Source: Phaeosaccion multiseriatum (taxonomy: Eukaryota > Protista > Ochrophyta, other classes). From it: 64,000 nucleotides of DNA. The stretch covers positions 4,712,001 through 4,776,000 of the forward strand of contig OZ218951.1 of the NCBI GenBank assembly GCA_965112735.1. The letters run 5' to 3'. Positions 23,882 through 36,016 of this stretch are shown one piece after another. The first letter of the stretch is position 1; each line of letters starts with the position of its first letter. Under the pieces are notes generated by a model. The model saw nothing but the letters and a program-made list of their open reading frames with translations. It ran no database searches and had not been told where the DNA came from. The position numbers and the translations under genes are program-made.

Positions 23882-25543
23882 TTGTGTGTGGGCGTGACAA
23901 GCGCTACCCTGGCACTGCCTGACTGACACCAGGCCCTGACTGACAGACAGACTGACTGACTGACTCATTGACTGACTGACTGAACTTCTGTGAGTATCTA
24001 ACCTGTTTCTACGCAGTATGAGGTGGTCCTCAGAGGAGGTGAGGAGGTCAATGCCGTAGGACAACCACGGAGGGGGGGGGGGGTTGCCCCTGCCAAAGGC
24101 CCAGTCTTTGCATCGCATCAATGCGTCTGGGTAGGGGATGGGATGGTAGTGGATAGAAGGGAGGGAGGGAGGGAGGGAGGGAGAGAGAGAGGGAGGGAGG
24201 GAGAAAAGGAGGGAGGGATGGATGGGAGGGAGGGAGGGATGGGAGGGAGGAAGGAGGAAGAAAGGACAGGCTTAGCACGACTAGACATGACGGGGCAGGG
24301 GATGGCAGTGAATGGATGTAGGGGATGACAGTGAATGGACAGGACAGGGGATGGCAGTGGATGGACAGGAGGACAGGAAGGAAACCCGCTAATGGGAGTC
24401 AGTCGACTCTCGCCTGTACTGACACCACCTAACACCAGGTACTGACCTGCCGCCCCGAGCTCCTCCACGTGGATGGGCTCTTCATTGGCCCTGGCGCGGA
24501 GAAGAGCGTCCACCTGGGGCCAAGGGACAGTTTCAGTGTCAGTCGTAGGACAGTTTGCGTGTCAGTTTCGAGACCCCCCCCCCCTTCCGGCGCAGAAGCT
24601 TCGATATCGACTCCATGAACTGAAACCTGAAAACTCGGCAGCAGCACGATCACCACCACCTTCACCACCCCTCACCCCACTGCAACCACCACCTTCATCC
24701 ACCACCACCACCACCACCAACACCACCACACACCACCACCACCACCACCACCACCACCACCACCACCACCCCCACCACCCTTACCTACCCTGAACTCACC
24801 TCTGGCAGCAGTGCCACGAGCACCATGGAGGCTCCTGTCAGCACCCCATTGTGCTCTGTACTTGCCGCCACCTCCACAATCCTCTCCGTGCCGTCATCAA
24901 TGTCCTTCATAAAGAGCACGTTGGTGGGGTGCAAGAGGAGGATGGCGAGAGCGTACAGCGCCCAGGCTGCGGCCTCCCCCTCGGTATTGCCGAGTGCTTC
25001 CTGTTATGGTGGTGGGTGTCAGGACAGTGGGTGGGTGGGGTGGGTGGGTGTCAGGACAGTGGGTGCGTGGGTGGGTGGGGGTGAGTGCATGGGTGGGTGG
25101 GTAGGTGTCAGGAGGAGGAGAGAGGGTGGGTGCGTGTCAGGACAGAGGATGGGTGGGTGCTCTACTCTGTATCACCAACTGCCCTACCCACCTTGTCAGC
25201 GTTGGCAGAGCCCATGAGGTCGACATCGTCCCCTAGGCCCCACCTCGCCACCACCTCCACCAGAATGGGTACCTAGAGGGGGCAGCAGACAGAGACCCAA
25301 GTGCGACAACGTGACAACGTTGCTAGGTCAGAGGCAGCGTGTGTGTGTGCGTGTTGATCGCCTGATCACCTCGTTAGTTCACGTAATATGTCTCTAATAG
25401 GTTACGTACTATTTCTGGTTGGTAAAGAGTTTCGCAAAGGTCAGAGGTAGTGGACAGTTAACACCCAATCAGGGCGGCAGGGGTAGTGGGTAGTGCGCAC
25501 CCAAGCGTGAAGCAATCGTGAGAAGGAAACAAGGAGAAGCGAA

Positions 25544-25585
<42 letters not shown>

Positions 25586-28500
25586 ATTCGCAAACACATG
25601 CACATACATGCATACACACATGCCCGCGCACACACGCACACACACACACGTACCGCCCTTGCTGCCCTCGTCTTGTTGGCGTGTGACTTGAAGCAAAGAG
25701 CGCCGAGGGCCTGAGCGGCTCTCCGGACGGTGGGGGGGGCGAGACAGTGCTCACATGCATGTATGCAGAGCTCTAGGGCCCGGCCTGATCCCACCTGGGC
25801 CTGAGGGTAGGTGGGAGGGAGGGAGGGAGGGAGGGAGGTGAGTGGAGGGAGAGGGAGGGGGTGGGGGAAGAGGGTGGAGGGGGGGCGGTGAGGGGAGAGG
25901 GTGGAGGGAGGGAGGGAGGGAGGGGGGGAGCAAGGGAGGGAGGGAAGGAGGGAGGGAGGGAGAGGGGGAGAGAGAGGGGGGGGCTTCGCAGAGTGGAGCA
26001 CGACTGCTCGGTCACCCTCGTCCCGACTCCGCGCTGCACTTTCGCCACACTTCCGCCACACTGCACAGCTCAACTATAAAGTGTCTCTCGTCTCCACACA
26101 CCCACACACACGCACACGCACACACACTCACCCGCTAAATCATTGACTTATCATCCACCCAACCACACCCCACCTCTTCATTCGCTTACTGTACCCACTT
26201 GCCTGGTTCATTTCGTTGTTGGATAGGTTGGCGAGTGCGATAAAGCCTGCCGCTGCAATGTCGCTGTGAGAGCGCATGTCACTGGAGAGAGACACGGCGT
26301 CATGTAACAGCCGATCGACATCAGCTTTGAGCAGCTGGGAGGAGGTGAAGCCGTTACCGAAGGAAAGGTTGGCCACCACCTGGGTTCAGGGGGTGGTTGG
26401 TTGGGTGGTTCGGGGAGGAGGGAGAGAGGGAGAGAGGGAGAGAGAGGGAGAGAGAGGGAGGGAGGGAGGGAGGGAGGGAGGGAGGGAGGGTTGGTGGCTT
26501 GCTTGTTAATTTGTTGGTGGTTTGGTTGGTCCGACCTTGCAAGCAGCACCTCTCCCCTCCCCTCACGTATCCCATCCACTGCCATCAACTGCCATCCCCC
26601 GCCCTGACTTACCTTGCAGGCCTGCTCAATGGCCCAGTCATCGTCGGCTTTCTCGAACACGAGGCAGAGGGCGGGAATTACACCGCACTCGTACGTGAGG
26701 TTACGGATGGCGTCACTTTGGGAGTGTGTGAGAGAGAGAACGAGAGAGAGAGAGGGAGATGCAGAGGGAGAGAGAGAGGGAGGGTGAGAGTGAGAGAGAG
26801 AGTGGCATACGAGAGAGGGAGAGGGAGAGAGAGGAGAGAGAGAGAGCAAGAAGAGAGAAAGAGAAAGAGCAACAGGGGAGAGAGAGTGTGCGTATACATA
26901 CGCCTGCCTGCCCATATGCCTGCCCAGAAGCCAGCCGCTGCCTGCCCATATGCCTCTCCCTCTTGTGGTGTTCGCACCTCTCATACTGCACATTAGCCAG
27001 GGCAGAGAGGGCCTGGGCCACAGCCGCGATGGTGCACCTGTTGGTGATACAAGGGACGAGCGGAGCAGTTGCCGATTCAGGAGGGAGGGGAAGGGCAGTT
27101 GCTGATACAGGAGGGGGTAGGCCGAGGTGGCAGGCAGGCAGAGAGGCCGGCATTCAGGTAGGTAGGCAGGCAGGCCGGAAGGCAAGATAGGCATGCTTAT
27201 CGGTATCGGCACGCAGGGGCAGCCAGGCATATGGGCAGCCAGGCATATGAGGAAAGGCACACACACACGCACCCACCTGTCCTCAGTCATGTACCCCGCG
27301 ACGACTTTGACCATTGAGCGCACTCCTCCCTTGGCAGCGATGGTGGGCTTGTTGGGGGTGGACAGAGAGAGCAGGGCCACACACGTTGCCGCCTGAGAAG
27401 GAGGGAAGAGAGGGGTGAGCGTGCGTGCGTGCGTGGGTTCGTGAGTGAATCAGTAAGTGAAATCAGCAGCACCCCAACCCGGCCCCGCGACTCTCCCCTC
27501 TCCTCCTCTCCAATCCCGTTCCATCTCGCCATCCCTCCCTTCCTTCCTCCCTCCCTCCCTCCCTCCCTCCCCTCCCTCCCTCCTTCCCTCCCCTCCCTCC
27601 CTCCCTCCCTCCCTCCCTCCCTCCCTCCCTCCCTCCCTCCCTCCCTCCCTCCCTCCCTCCCTCCCCTCCCCTTCCCTCCCTCACCTGCTCGAGGACCGCA
27701 GGAGACTGACTCCGATCACAAAGACTGATGATCGGCTCCGTCCCTCCGGACAGGGCCACTGCTCTTGAGCACGCCGGGTGCTGCGAGAGCTGAGACAGCG
27801 CCATGATAGCAGGCCCTGTGACAAGCTCGTTGGGGGAGGCGAGCAAGGACACGAGGAAGGTGGGCACTCCGGCTTTTATCATCACCTGGGGGGGGGGGGG
27901 GCGAGGACGAGGAGGGGGAGGGGGAGGAGGAAGAGGAGGAGGAGGAGGAGGAGGAGGAGGAGGACGAGGGGGAGGAGGAGGAGGAGGAGGAGGAGGACGA
28001 GGAGAAGGAGGAGGGGGAGGAGGAGGAGGAGAAGGAGGAGGGGGAGGAGGAGGAGGAGGAGGAGGAGGGGGAGGAAGAGGAGGAGAAGAAGGAGGAGGGG
28101 GAGGAGGAGGAGGAGGAGGGGGAGGAGGAAGAGGAGAAGGAGAAGGAGGAGGAGGAGGAGGAGGAGGAGGAGGAGGAGGAGGAGGAGGAGGAGGAGGAGG
28201 AAGAGGAGGGATGAAGAGGAGGAGGGAAGCGAAGGGCAAGGGATTGACTTAGATATTGTCGATGCGCATGTGCGTGCGTGCGTGCGTGCGTGCGTGTGCT
28301 GCGTGTGTGGTATGCGTGCTGTGCCCCCCCCCTCCCCCTCCCCGTACCTCCCACCCCTACCACCCCCCTTCCTGCCATCCCTTGTCTCTTGCCCTCCCAT
28401 CCACTGCCATCCCTTGTCTCTTGCTCTCCCATCCACTGACATCCCTCGTCTCTTGCCCTCCCCTCCACTGCCATCCCATTGCTTCTTGCCCTCCTCTCCA

Positions 28501-29598
28501 CTGCAAGCCCCATGAAGTGCCATCCACTACCACACTCTACATGCCTGTGGTGGAGTCTTGCTGGCGGACATGGCCATATTGAGTGCGAATCTCGCAAAGG
28601 TAAAGTCCATACTGCATAGGGTAGGGGCTATGGGGGCAGCGATGAGGAAGGTGTTGAGCCACTGGCAGAGCATGGCCTGAGGAGGGACGGACGGAGGGAG
28701 GGAGGGAGGGAGAGAGAGAGGAGGGAGGAGAGAGGGAGGGAGGAAGGAGGGAGAGAGGGAGGATGAGAGGCAGGGAGAGAGGGAGGAGGGGGGAGAGCAG
28801 TTGATGGAGGGCAGTTGATAAAAAACAGCAGGAGGCGGTTAGCACATGGAGGGCAGGAGATGGCAGTAGAGGGTAAGCACAGAGTGTGAGAGGGCAGCAG
28901 GGAGGTGGGGGTGAGAAGGCGGGCAACAACACATACAATAACGTCCATCTTGGAGCCCGCCCGCCAAGGGACGTATGAATGTGTGTGACCACGGGCTTTT
29001 CCATTCCCTATCGTGACCCCCCTCATCATCTGCCCGGACACTCCCCACCACACTGGACGAGGGTAACCACTAAAGGATTGAAGAACGACTATGTGAGGTA
29101 ACGTAAGGCCAAGGTAATGAAGTGAGGTTATGTAAGGTGACGTAAGCGAATGAATCGTACCTTCTCCTCCCTCTCGTGGTCTGCGGTCCTTTTGGCGGCG
29201 AGCATGGCGGCCGCGTTCTTCTCCTCATTCATGACGAGAACAGACCTCAAGGACCCTTTTGGGAAGGAGGGAGAGAGGGAGGGAGGGGAGAGAGAGAGAG
29301 AAAAGACAGAGCGAGAGAGGGAGAGGGAGAGGCAGAGAAATAAGGAGAGGGAGAGAGAGAGGGAGGGGAGGGAGGGAGGGAGGGAGGGAGGGGAGGAGAG
29401 AGAGGGAGAGACAGGGGGAGAGGGAGGGGAGGGAGAGAGAGGGAGCAAGGGGAGGGAGAGAGAGAAGGAGGAAGGGGTGGGGGTTGGAGGTTGGGGGAGA
29501 GGGGGATGGAGGGGGGAGGTTAGGGGGAAGGATGGATGGGAGAGCGAAGGAAGGGAGAGGGAGGGCGAGCAAGCGAGGAGGGAGAGGATAAGAGAAGG

Positions 29599-29635
<37 letters not shown>

Positions 29636-30476
29636 TGGCCTGACGCTTACATGCCAGGAGGAGAGTCGGCCTGCCCCTCTGCCCTTTCCTAAGCCCTGCA
29701 TCACCGCATGAATCCCCTCCCCCCACCACCCCCCACACCCAACCAACCCCCCCCCCCTACTGTACAACCCCCCACACCCACCCACCACCCCTACCCCCTA
29801 TAACACCCTCCATGCCGCCTACCTTCTATGGTATCGAGCTTCTGCTGCAAGCCGTTGAGTGTGTGTGTGACGTGGTCCTTAGTCTTGGAAACCAAGACGC
29901 TACCCGGGGTACAATAGTGGCAATGGATCAATGGGGGGGGGGGGGGGTCATGGGAATGGCGATGGAACAAATGGTGATGGGTGGAGCATGTCAAGGCTTA
30001 ATCACAAAACAACAGGAGCAAGTGAAGGTGATGGGGTCAGAAAGAAGAGGGGAGAGTAAGCAATAAAACAAAACCTCCATCTCCGCCCCCCCACCCTCCT
30101 TCACGGAACTGCCCCAGACGACCACCCCCCCACCTCCTCTTCCCACCCCCTTCCTCCCTCCCCCGACTGGGGCGAGGCATGGCCATAGGCACTCTTCATC
30201 CCACCCACCCAACCACCCGCCTTTTTACCTCAGGCCTTTGTCAAACACTTTGGCGGCCATGGCGAGAAGCTTCTTCCTGTCCCCTTTCGAATCGTGTGCG
30301 ATCTGAACCATGTGCATGTTGAGGTCTGCTGTCACCGAGCGATTGCGACCACGCTCCTGCCGCTGCCTGGAGCGGTTTCCCCTCCTGCCATCAGGGCTCA
30401 TGGCTGCAGCAGCAGCACCCCCACCAGCTCTATCAGTAGTGCGGGTGGGAGAGGGGGAGTAATCGTCTCTTGGCAT
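23644..30476 (-). CDS. Armadillo (ARM) repeat protein, ~15 exons
   Basis: ATG 30476 (MPRDDYSPSP..). Exon peptides VMIKAGVPTFLVSLLASPNELVTGPAIMALSQLS, NKPTIAAKGGVRSMV, ECGVIPALCLVFEKADDDWAIEQACKVVANLSFGN, AGFIALANLSNNEMNQ, RRAAQALGALCFKSHANK. Last exon NEQFRLPDFTLRNFFFQE...MLFNIY* ends at 23644. Not every internal boundary was verified. Confidence 0.78.
27900..28226. repeat. Intronic (GGA)n/(TCC)n microsatellite
   Basis: Direct reading. Lies in an ARM-gene intron and generates spurious poly-P/G/R ORFs. Confidence 0.95.
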
Positions 30477-30812
30477 TTTGTCTGTGTCTGCTGACTATGC
30501 GGGCTTGATTCGCTCTATTCTCCTCCTCCTCGCTCGTCAGTCGCTGTAGACGTTGCTGCTGGGCCTCGGAAGAGACGAGGAGCTCGCCGCTACCGGCTGT
30601 TGCTCAGCAGACCTTGTATACTCACATGTCAAGACGAGAGAGACGAAGAGAAAAAAAAAAGGGATTTCGGAAAGGCCTTGCGATAAGTTCGCCCAAGAGA
30701 AAAGAAATGCAACTAGCTACTCCTCATCCCTTTGAGGTGATCATTCGTAGCCATTGCAGTAGCTTTGTTTTTGCGAATTCCTTTTTCCTGATGCTGAGCC
30801 TTGGGCCCAACG

Positions 30813-31394
30813 GGCGTCCATTGACTTATGCTTCGTTGTACCACCACCTGTTGCACCTGTTGGGCTCCACCGCCCCTTCCACCCCTTCCACTCCTTCTGC
30901 CTATGTGTATACATTGATGCCCCTCCACTGTCTTCCGGTGCCGCCTGCCCTTCCCTATTCGTATACCCTTATCACAGCCCCCCAAGCAGTTGGTGATACA
31001 GCACCCTCAAAGTGCAGAGGAGTGATTGCTTGAGTCGGTGAGGTAGTCGGTCCGTGAGCCAGCTGCACACGGGAGACAGGCTTGTAATTGCCCAATCTCC
31101 AAGCTGCAACCAATCATTAAATGCCATCTCTGCCCTGCCCTTCCCTCCTTGTCTACCATTCACTGACTCAATGACTTACTCGCCTCGCAGGTGAAGCTTC
31201 ACTTCTTGCTGTGGAGTCGCACCGGAGAAGGCTCCCACCCACCGAACCACGACAAGCTGGAGGATAAAGACGGGAAGGTGTGTGTGCTTCTTACATATCC
31301 TCTCTCTCTCTCTTCTTCTCCCTCGCGTCGTCTCTCTCTCTAACCAGCTCTCTCACATCACCCCCCCCCCCGCCTCCCCCACTGTACCGCCTAC

Positions 31395-31438
<44 letters not shown>

Positions 31439-31554
31439 ACCCAGCAACTCTGCGAGTCCTTCCTCCGCCCCGAGATGGACGAATTGTCACCGAGCCTACT
31501 GCCCCTACTCCCACGAGCAGCCCCGAGTAGATGCCCTCGTTACCCTTGCTTGTA
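30813..31554 (+). pseudogene. Collapsed duplicate of the NHL-gene region (four colinear fragments)
   Basis: 30813-30863=39224-39274; 30864-31022=42104-42262; 31020-31286=48832-~49098; 31287-31554=49258-49505, each near-identical by eye. Confidence 0.9.
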
Positions 31555-31603
31555 GCGCGCCGGCTCGCGCCGGCGATAGCGGATAGCGGATAGCGCATCA
31601 GAG

Positions 31604-31823
31604 TCGGCCCCTGACAAGGTTCTGGGTTCCAGGTTCTGGCCGGCCGGCGCCAGCCGGCCAGGTTCCAGGTTCCCCGGAAAAAGCCGTGTAATAAGGCAAT
31701 GATAAGGTCCCCCCGGCGGCCTGAACCTGGGTAGAACCTGGGTAGAACCTGGGTTCCAGGTTCTGGCCGGCGCCAGGTTCCAGGTTCTGGCAAGGGTCGC
31801 CTCAGAACCTTGTCAGGGGCCGA
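31604..31823. mobile_element. MITE-like element with perfect 21-bp TIRs
   Basis: TCGGCCCCTGACAAGGTTCTG (31604-31624) / CAGAACCTTGTCAGGGGCCGA (31803-31823). TCAGAG on both flanks (possible 6-bp TSD). Interior built of GGTTCCAGGTTC and GAACCTGGGT repeats. Confidence 0.75.
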
Positions 31824-32064
31824 TCAGAGGTCGAGACGAGAAGGGCTGCCGATTGGCTGGGCCCCCTAAGGTTCCCATTGACATATTCTACTGCACACAC
31901 TTGTCGTTTTCGATGTCCGTTTTCAGCGTTCTCTCTCCCCGCGTCACTCATCACACACCTCCCAAGGCCACCTGCCCCTCCACACTGTACTGCCCCAGTC
32001 AGACAGGTCTCTGTGACGCTGCTCTTACCGCGCCTCTCTCTTTCTGCATCGTTCAACCGGTACC

Positions 32065-33918
32065 ATGCAAAGGACCTTCAGCACTGAGGTATAGCCCCCC
32101 CCCCCCCTTGTCCCCCCACTCGAACGACGCACTCACTCGCTCTGTCCATTCATGTCCCCCCTCCTACTCTCACGCTGCTGCTTTGCTTCTCGTGGCAGGC
32201 CACCCTTCTGCGGGAAGCCATCATAAGCGGCCAGAGCGTCAAAAAGGTGGAAGTGGCGATGAGAGCCCTCGTCACTAAAAACGGAGGGAGGAAGGCATGC
32301 TTGGACGAACCCTTCGATGAGAGCGGATGGTTTGCCCTGACCGGAGCTATACATGAAGGGAGGGTGGACATCATAGCTCTTCTGCTGCAAGAGGGGGCGT
32401 CGCCGAATGCTGCAAATCGTGTGTTCGGGTTGACTGCGTTGATGTTGGCATGTGAGGTGAAGGATGCTGCTGCTGTTGTACCACCGCTTCTGTCTGCTGG
32501 TGCGGACGTCAATGCAGTAGGGACAGAGGGAACTACGGCTCTCATGGTGGCCTCCCGGGAAGGACATCATGCGGTCGTGCAGCAGCTGCTGTCGGCGGGT
32601 GCAGAGGTGGACTGGGCAAGTATGAATGGGTGTACAGCCCTCCTTGGAGCCTCACTTGGAGGACATGGAAGAGTGGTCCGACAGCTGCTCTCAGCCGGCG
32701 CGGAGGTCGACAAGACAGAGTCCGGAGGCTGTACGGCCTTGATCGCGGCGTCCGAGGCAGGGCATTATGCAGTGGTGCAGCAGCTGCTAGCGGCGGGTGC
32801 AGAGGTGGACTGGGTAAATATGGAGGGGGGCACAGCCCTCCATATAGCCTCACAGGGAGGACATGAAAGAGTGGTCCGGAAGCTGCTCTCAGCCGGCGCG
32901 GAGGTCGACAAGACAGCATCTAGAGGCTTTACGGCCTTGATATATGCCTCCCAGGAAGGGCATCGTGCGGTGGTGCAGCAGCTGCTCTCAGCCGGCGCGG
33001 AGGTCGATAAGACAGATTCCAGAGGCGCTACGGCCTTGCTACTGGCCTCCCAATATGGACATCTTGCGACGGTGCAGCAGCTGCTGTCGGCCGGCGCTGA
33101 TCCCAACCACTTGGATGACAGAAATGATGATGGCCGCACCCCCTTGTGCATTGCCGCAAAAATGGGACACCACAGGGTCACACAGCTGCTGCTTACCTCC
33201 GGGGCAGATGCGAGTTTGGGAGGCCGCCGCGGATGGTTTCCGCTCAATGCTGCAAGCGAACATGGACATGGCCCTGTGGTGGATCAGCTCATCGCAGCCG
33301 GCGCGGACCTCGAAAGCCGTAGTGGTGAGGGGGGGAGAAGTGCATTGATGGGAGCGTCTATGGAAGGGCACAGAAGCATTGTGCGGAAGCTGCTCAGGGC
33401 TGGGGCAGAGGTGAATGCAATTGGTGGCGACGGGTATGGAGCGATACACATGGCGTCTTCAAAAGGCCATGCTCGTGTCGTGGAGGAGCTCATCTCAGGA
33501 GGGGGGGACGCGGAGATGCAGGCTACTCATATTTACGAGTTAACAGCTTTGTTCCTAGCTGCTGCGAAGGGCCATGAGGCAGTGGTCCGTGTGCTGCTGT
33601 CTGCGTGGGCTGATCCTGACAATGGGGGCAAACACGCTGTTGCAACGCCCTTGTTTTGTGCGGCAAAAAACGGCCACAGCGGGGCGGCGCTGGAGCTGCC
33701 CCTCACTGTCAAAGGCTCTGACTCAGGCACGAAGGGATTGCGATGAAACATCTGCTGAATTCCTTTTGGCCGTGGACAGGCAGCACTTTTCGTCACAAAG
33801 CCCGTTGGACCTGATGCGGGGCACTGACCTTCTCTTTGGCAAGGAAGGGAGGCTGAAGGTGTCGCAGAGAGAGGTTAGCCCTGAGGTGCTGCAGGAGGTG
33901 GCGGAGGAGATGGCATGA
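32065..33918 (+). pseudogene. Ankyrin-repeat gene copy with frameshift before the conserved C-terminal domain
   Basis: Exon 1 32065-32088 (MQRTFSTE), exon 2 from 32199. Near-identical to the 51673 copy. A net 11-nt loss at ~33700 (TCTCGGGAGGGG replaced by C) gives a stop at 33746. The EVAEEMA* tail persists out of frame to 33918. Confidence 0.85.
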
Positions 33919-34704
33919 TGAAAGGGGCACCTCTCGCCTGCGGTGGGAAGGACGACGGGTGTTGCCCTGAGGGTGAGGACGAAAAGGAAAGGAGCTCTTG
34001 TCATGGGAATTGTGTGAGTTTCAGTGAGAGGGCATGCCCATGCGGAATGGGGCATCAGCGTGAGGGGGCAGTGGGGTAGGCAGGAGGATCAAGGGGAGAG
34101 CAACTCCCCCCTCCCCCCCAGGGTGTCCATAAAAAGGAGGTTTTGTGGTGGAAGTGGCGGCGTGGCCTTGCTTTTCCATGAGCACCAATGAAAGAGTTAC
34201 ACACGTGGAGGCGAAGGAAAGACCCCCCTCCCTTTGTTCTGTGGTTCCGTTGCTTGTGACCCCCCTCCAAGGCATGCCATGCTGCCCCCCTGGGTGCTGC
34301 CCCCAACGCCCCGCATGAACAAAGTTGGGGCTACCGTAGGCAGGGGAGAAGAGGAGGAAGATTTCCTCGGAGCGCCCAAGGTAAAGGCTCGCTGAAAGTG
34401 GTGGAGTATAAGCATAAATACATGTACATAATATATACAGTATATATATAAGGGGGAAGAGGAAGTGACAACGAAGGCAGCAGATGCCGTAAGGGGCACA
34501 GGGCGAGGACTTCACGCACAGGCGAGGGCGTCCAGAAAATGGTGTAAGGGCTGTTACAGGTTCCCATTGACATAACTCCTCCTTTTCTCGGCTTTCTCCC
34601 AACCCGACGCGCTAGTCTGCACCCGCTGCAACACACGCGCTGACTCGACGCACGCCATCCAGTGCCCCAACCAGAGCATGCCTGGACAAGATTATCTACA
34701 GGTC

Positions 34705-34811
34705 GGCCCCTGACATGCTTCTGAGAGAGGCCAGCCCAGAAGCAGGAAGCAGGCCCTTTGGCGCCGGCCAGAAGTAGGAAGCAGGGTCGCCTCAAAAGCA
34801 TGTCAGGGGCC
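34705..34811. mobile_element. Short MITE-like element related to 31604-31823
   Basis: GGCCCCTGACATGCTTCTGAG / CTCAAAAGCATGTCAGGGGCC (1 mismatch). Shares the GGCCCCTGACA terminus and subterminal AGGGTCGCCTCA with the 31.6 kb element. Confidence 0.65.
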
Positions 34812-34859
34812 ACAATAGTATCGAAAAACATATTTTCAGGTAGGGGGAATAGGCAGTTA

Positions 34860-35265
34860 CTGTGATTTCGCGGTTGAGTGGCACTTTTTACGCCCAATTA
34901 CGCCCCATTAATTTTTTTTTACGCCAAATGACGACTTTTTTGACGACGTTTGACGACGTTTGACGACGCTTTAGCCCCCTATTTGACGCCCTTTTACGCC
35001 CTTTTACGCCCTTTTACGCTCTTTGACGCCCTTTTATCTTAATTCGCCTTAATTTCGTCAAAAAAAAATCACGTAAAAAAAAATCACGGAAGAGGGCGTA
35101 AAAGGGCGTAAAAGGGCGTAAAAGGGCGTAAAAGGGCGTCAAATAGGGGGCTAAAGCGTCGTCAAACGTCGTCAAACGTCGTAAAAAAAGTCGTCATTTG
35201 GCGTAAAAAAAAATTAATGGGGCGTAATTGGGCGTAAAAAGTGCCACTCAACCGCGAAATCACAG
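34860..35265. mobile_element. Foldback MITE, ~170-bp near-perfect inverted arms, TA-flanked (Tc1/mariner-like)
   Basis: TA|CTGTGATTTCGCGGTTGAGTGGCAC...GTGCCACTCAACCGCGAAATCACAG|TA. Arms contain 10-bp tandem units TTTTACGCCC and TTTGACGACG. AT-rich relative to flanks. Confidence 0.85.
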
Positions 35266-36016
35266 TAGAAAAAATGGATGGAGGCAAGGGCACGCCGCGC
35301 CGACTGACGCGTGGGCCCAGCCAATGGCCCGTGCGGCCACGTAAGACGCTCAGCCCACCGGGGTAGAGCAAGAATCTAGCATTCACTACTGCAAACGAGG
35401 AGGCGACGCGAGTACGGCGTCGCAAGAGTTGTAGCAAGTGCCGTAGAGCTGAGCGCGGTGAGAAGGACAGCGAAGGGGGCAACCCAGCAGTCCACCGCGC
35501 GAAGGAGACGGCAGCGACAGCAAAAGTTTCCCCACCCGCCCGGCCCGGGGGGACGAGTGGGATTATCGGGAATCCAACGGGGTGGATGGGAGTAAGGGCG
35601 AGGCAGACGCGTCTGCCTGCCCTGCTTTGGCACCCCCTGAAAATCGCATTTACCCCCCCCCCTTGCACAGTATAAACAATTATGATGGAGGGAGAGAGGG
35701 GTGAGGGGAGTGCAGCGGCTGCTGAGGCAGCTGTCCCTTCATTCGGAGAGCCGCGAGCGAGAGCTTTAAAAGGTTCCATTGGGAAAAAAGGGGGCCCAAA
35801 AAAATAAAAATAAAAACTCCCCATTCCCCATTTCTTTCCCTTTTCCGCCCCTTTTCCTTCCTTTACTTCTTTACTTCGGCTCCGCCTCTTTCTGCGGGCC
35901 CGAGAAAAAGCTCCCCGAGAAATTTTAGAGCTTTAGGATGGTGCCATGGATATGCCACACCTCCTTCACAACCAAGCAAGCAGCGACAGCAGTAGGAGGA
36001 GCAAAAGAAAACCAAC

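Noticed and set aside
27463-28597. Formin/extensin-like poly-Pro and poly-Gly/Arg ORFs
   Set aside because: (GGA)n tract within an ARM-gene intron.
30813-31554. Processed retrocopy of the NHL gene
   Set aside because: Fragments retain intron sequence, junctions are not at splice sites, and there is no poly(A).
34900-35240. CRISPR-like or plasmid-iteron-like repeats
   Set aside because: No unique spacers and no cas or rep genes. The repeats are arms of a palindrome in eukaryotic DNA.
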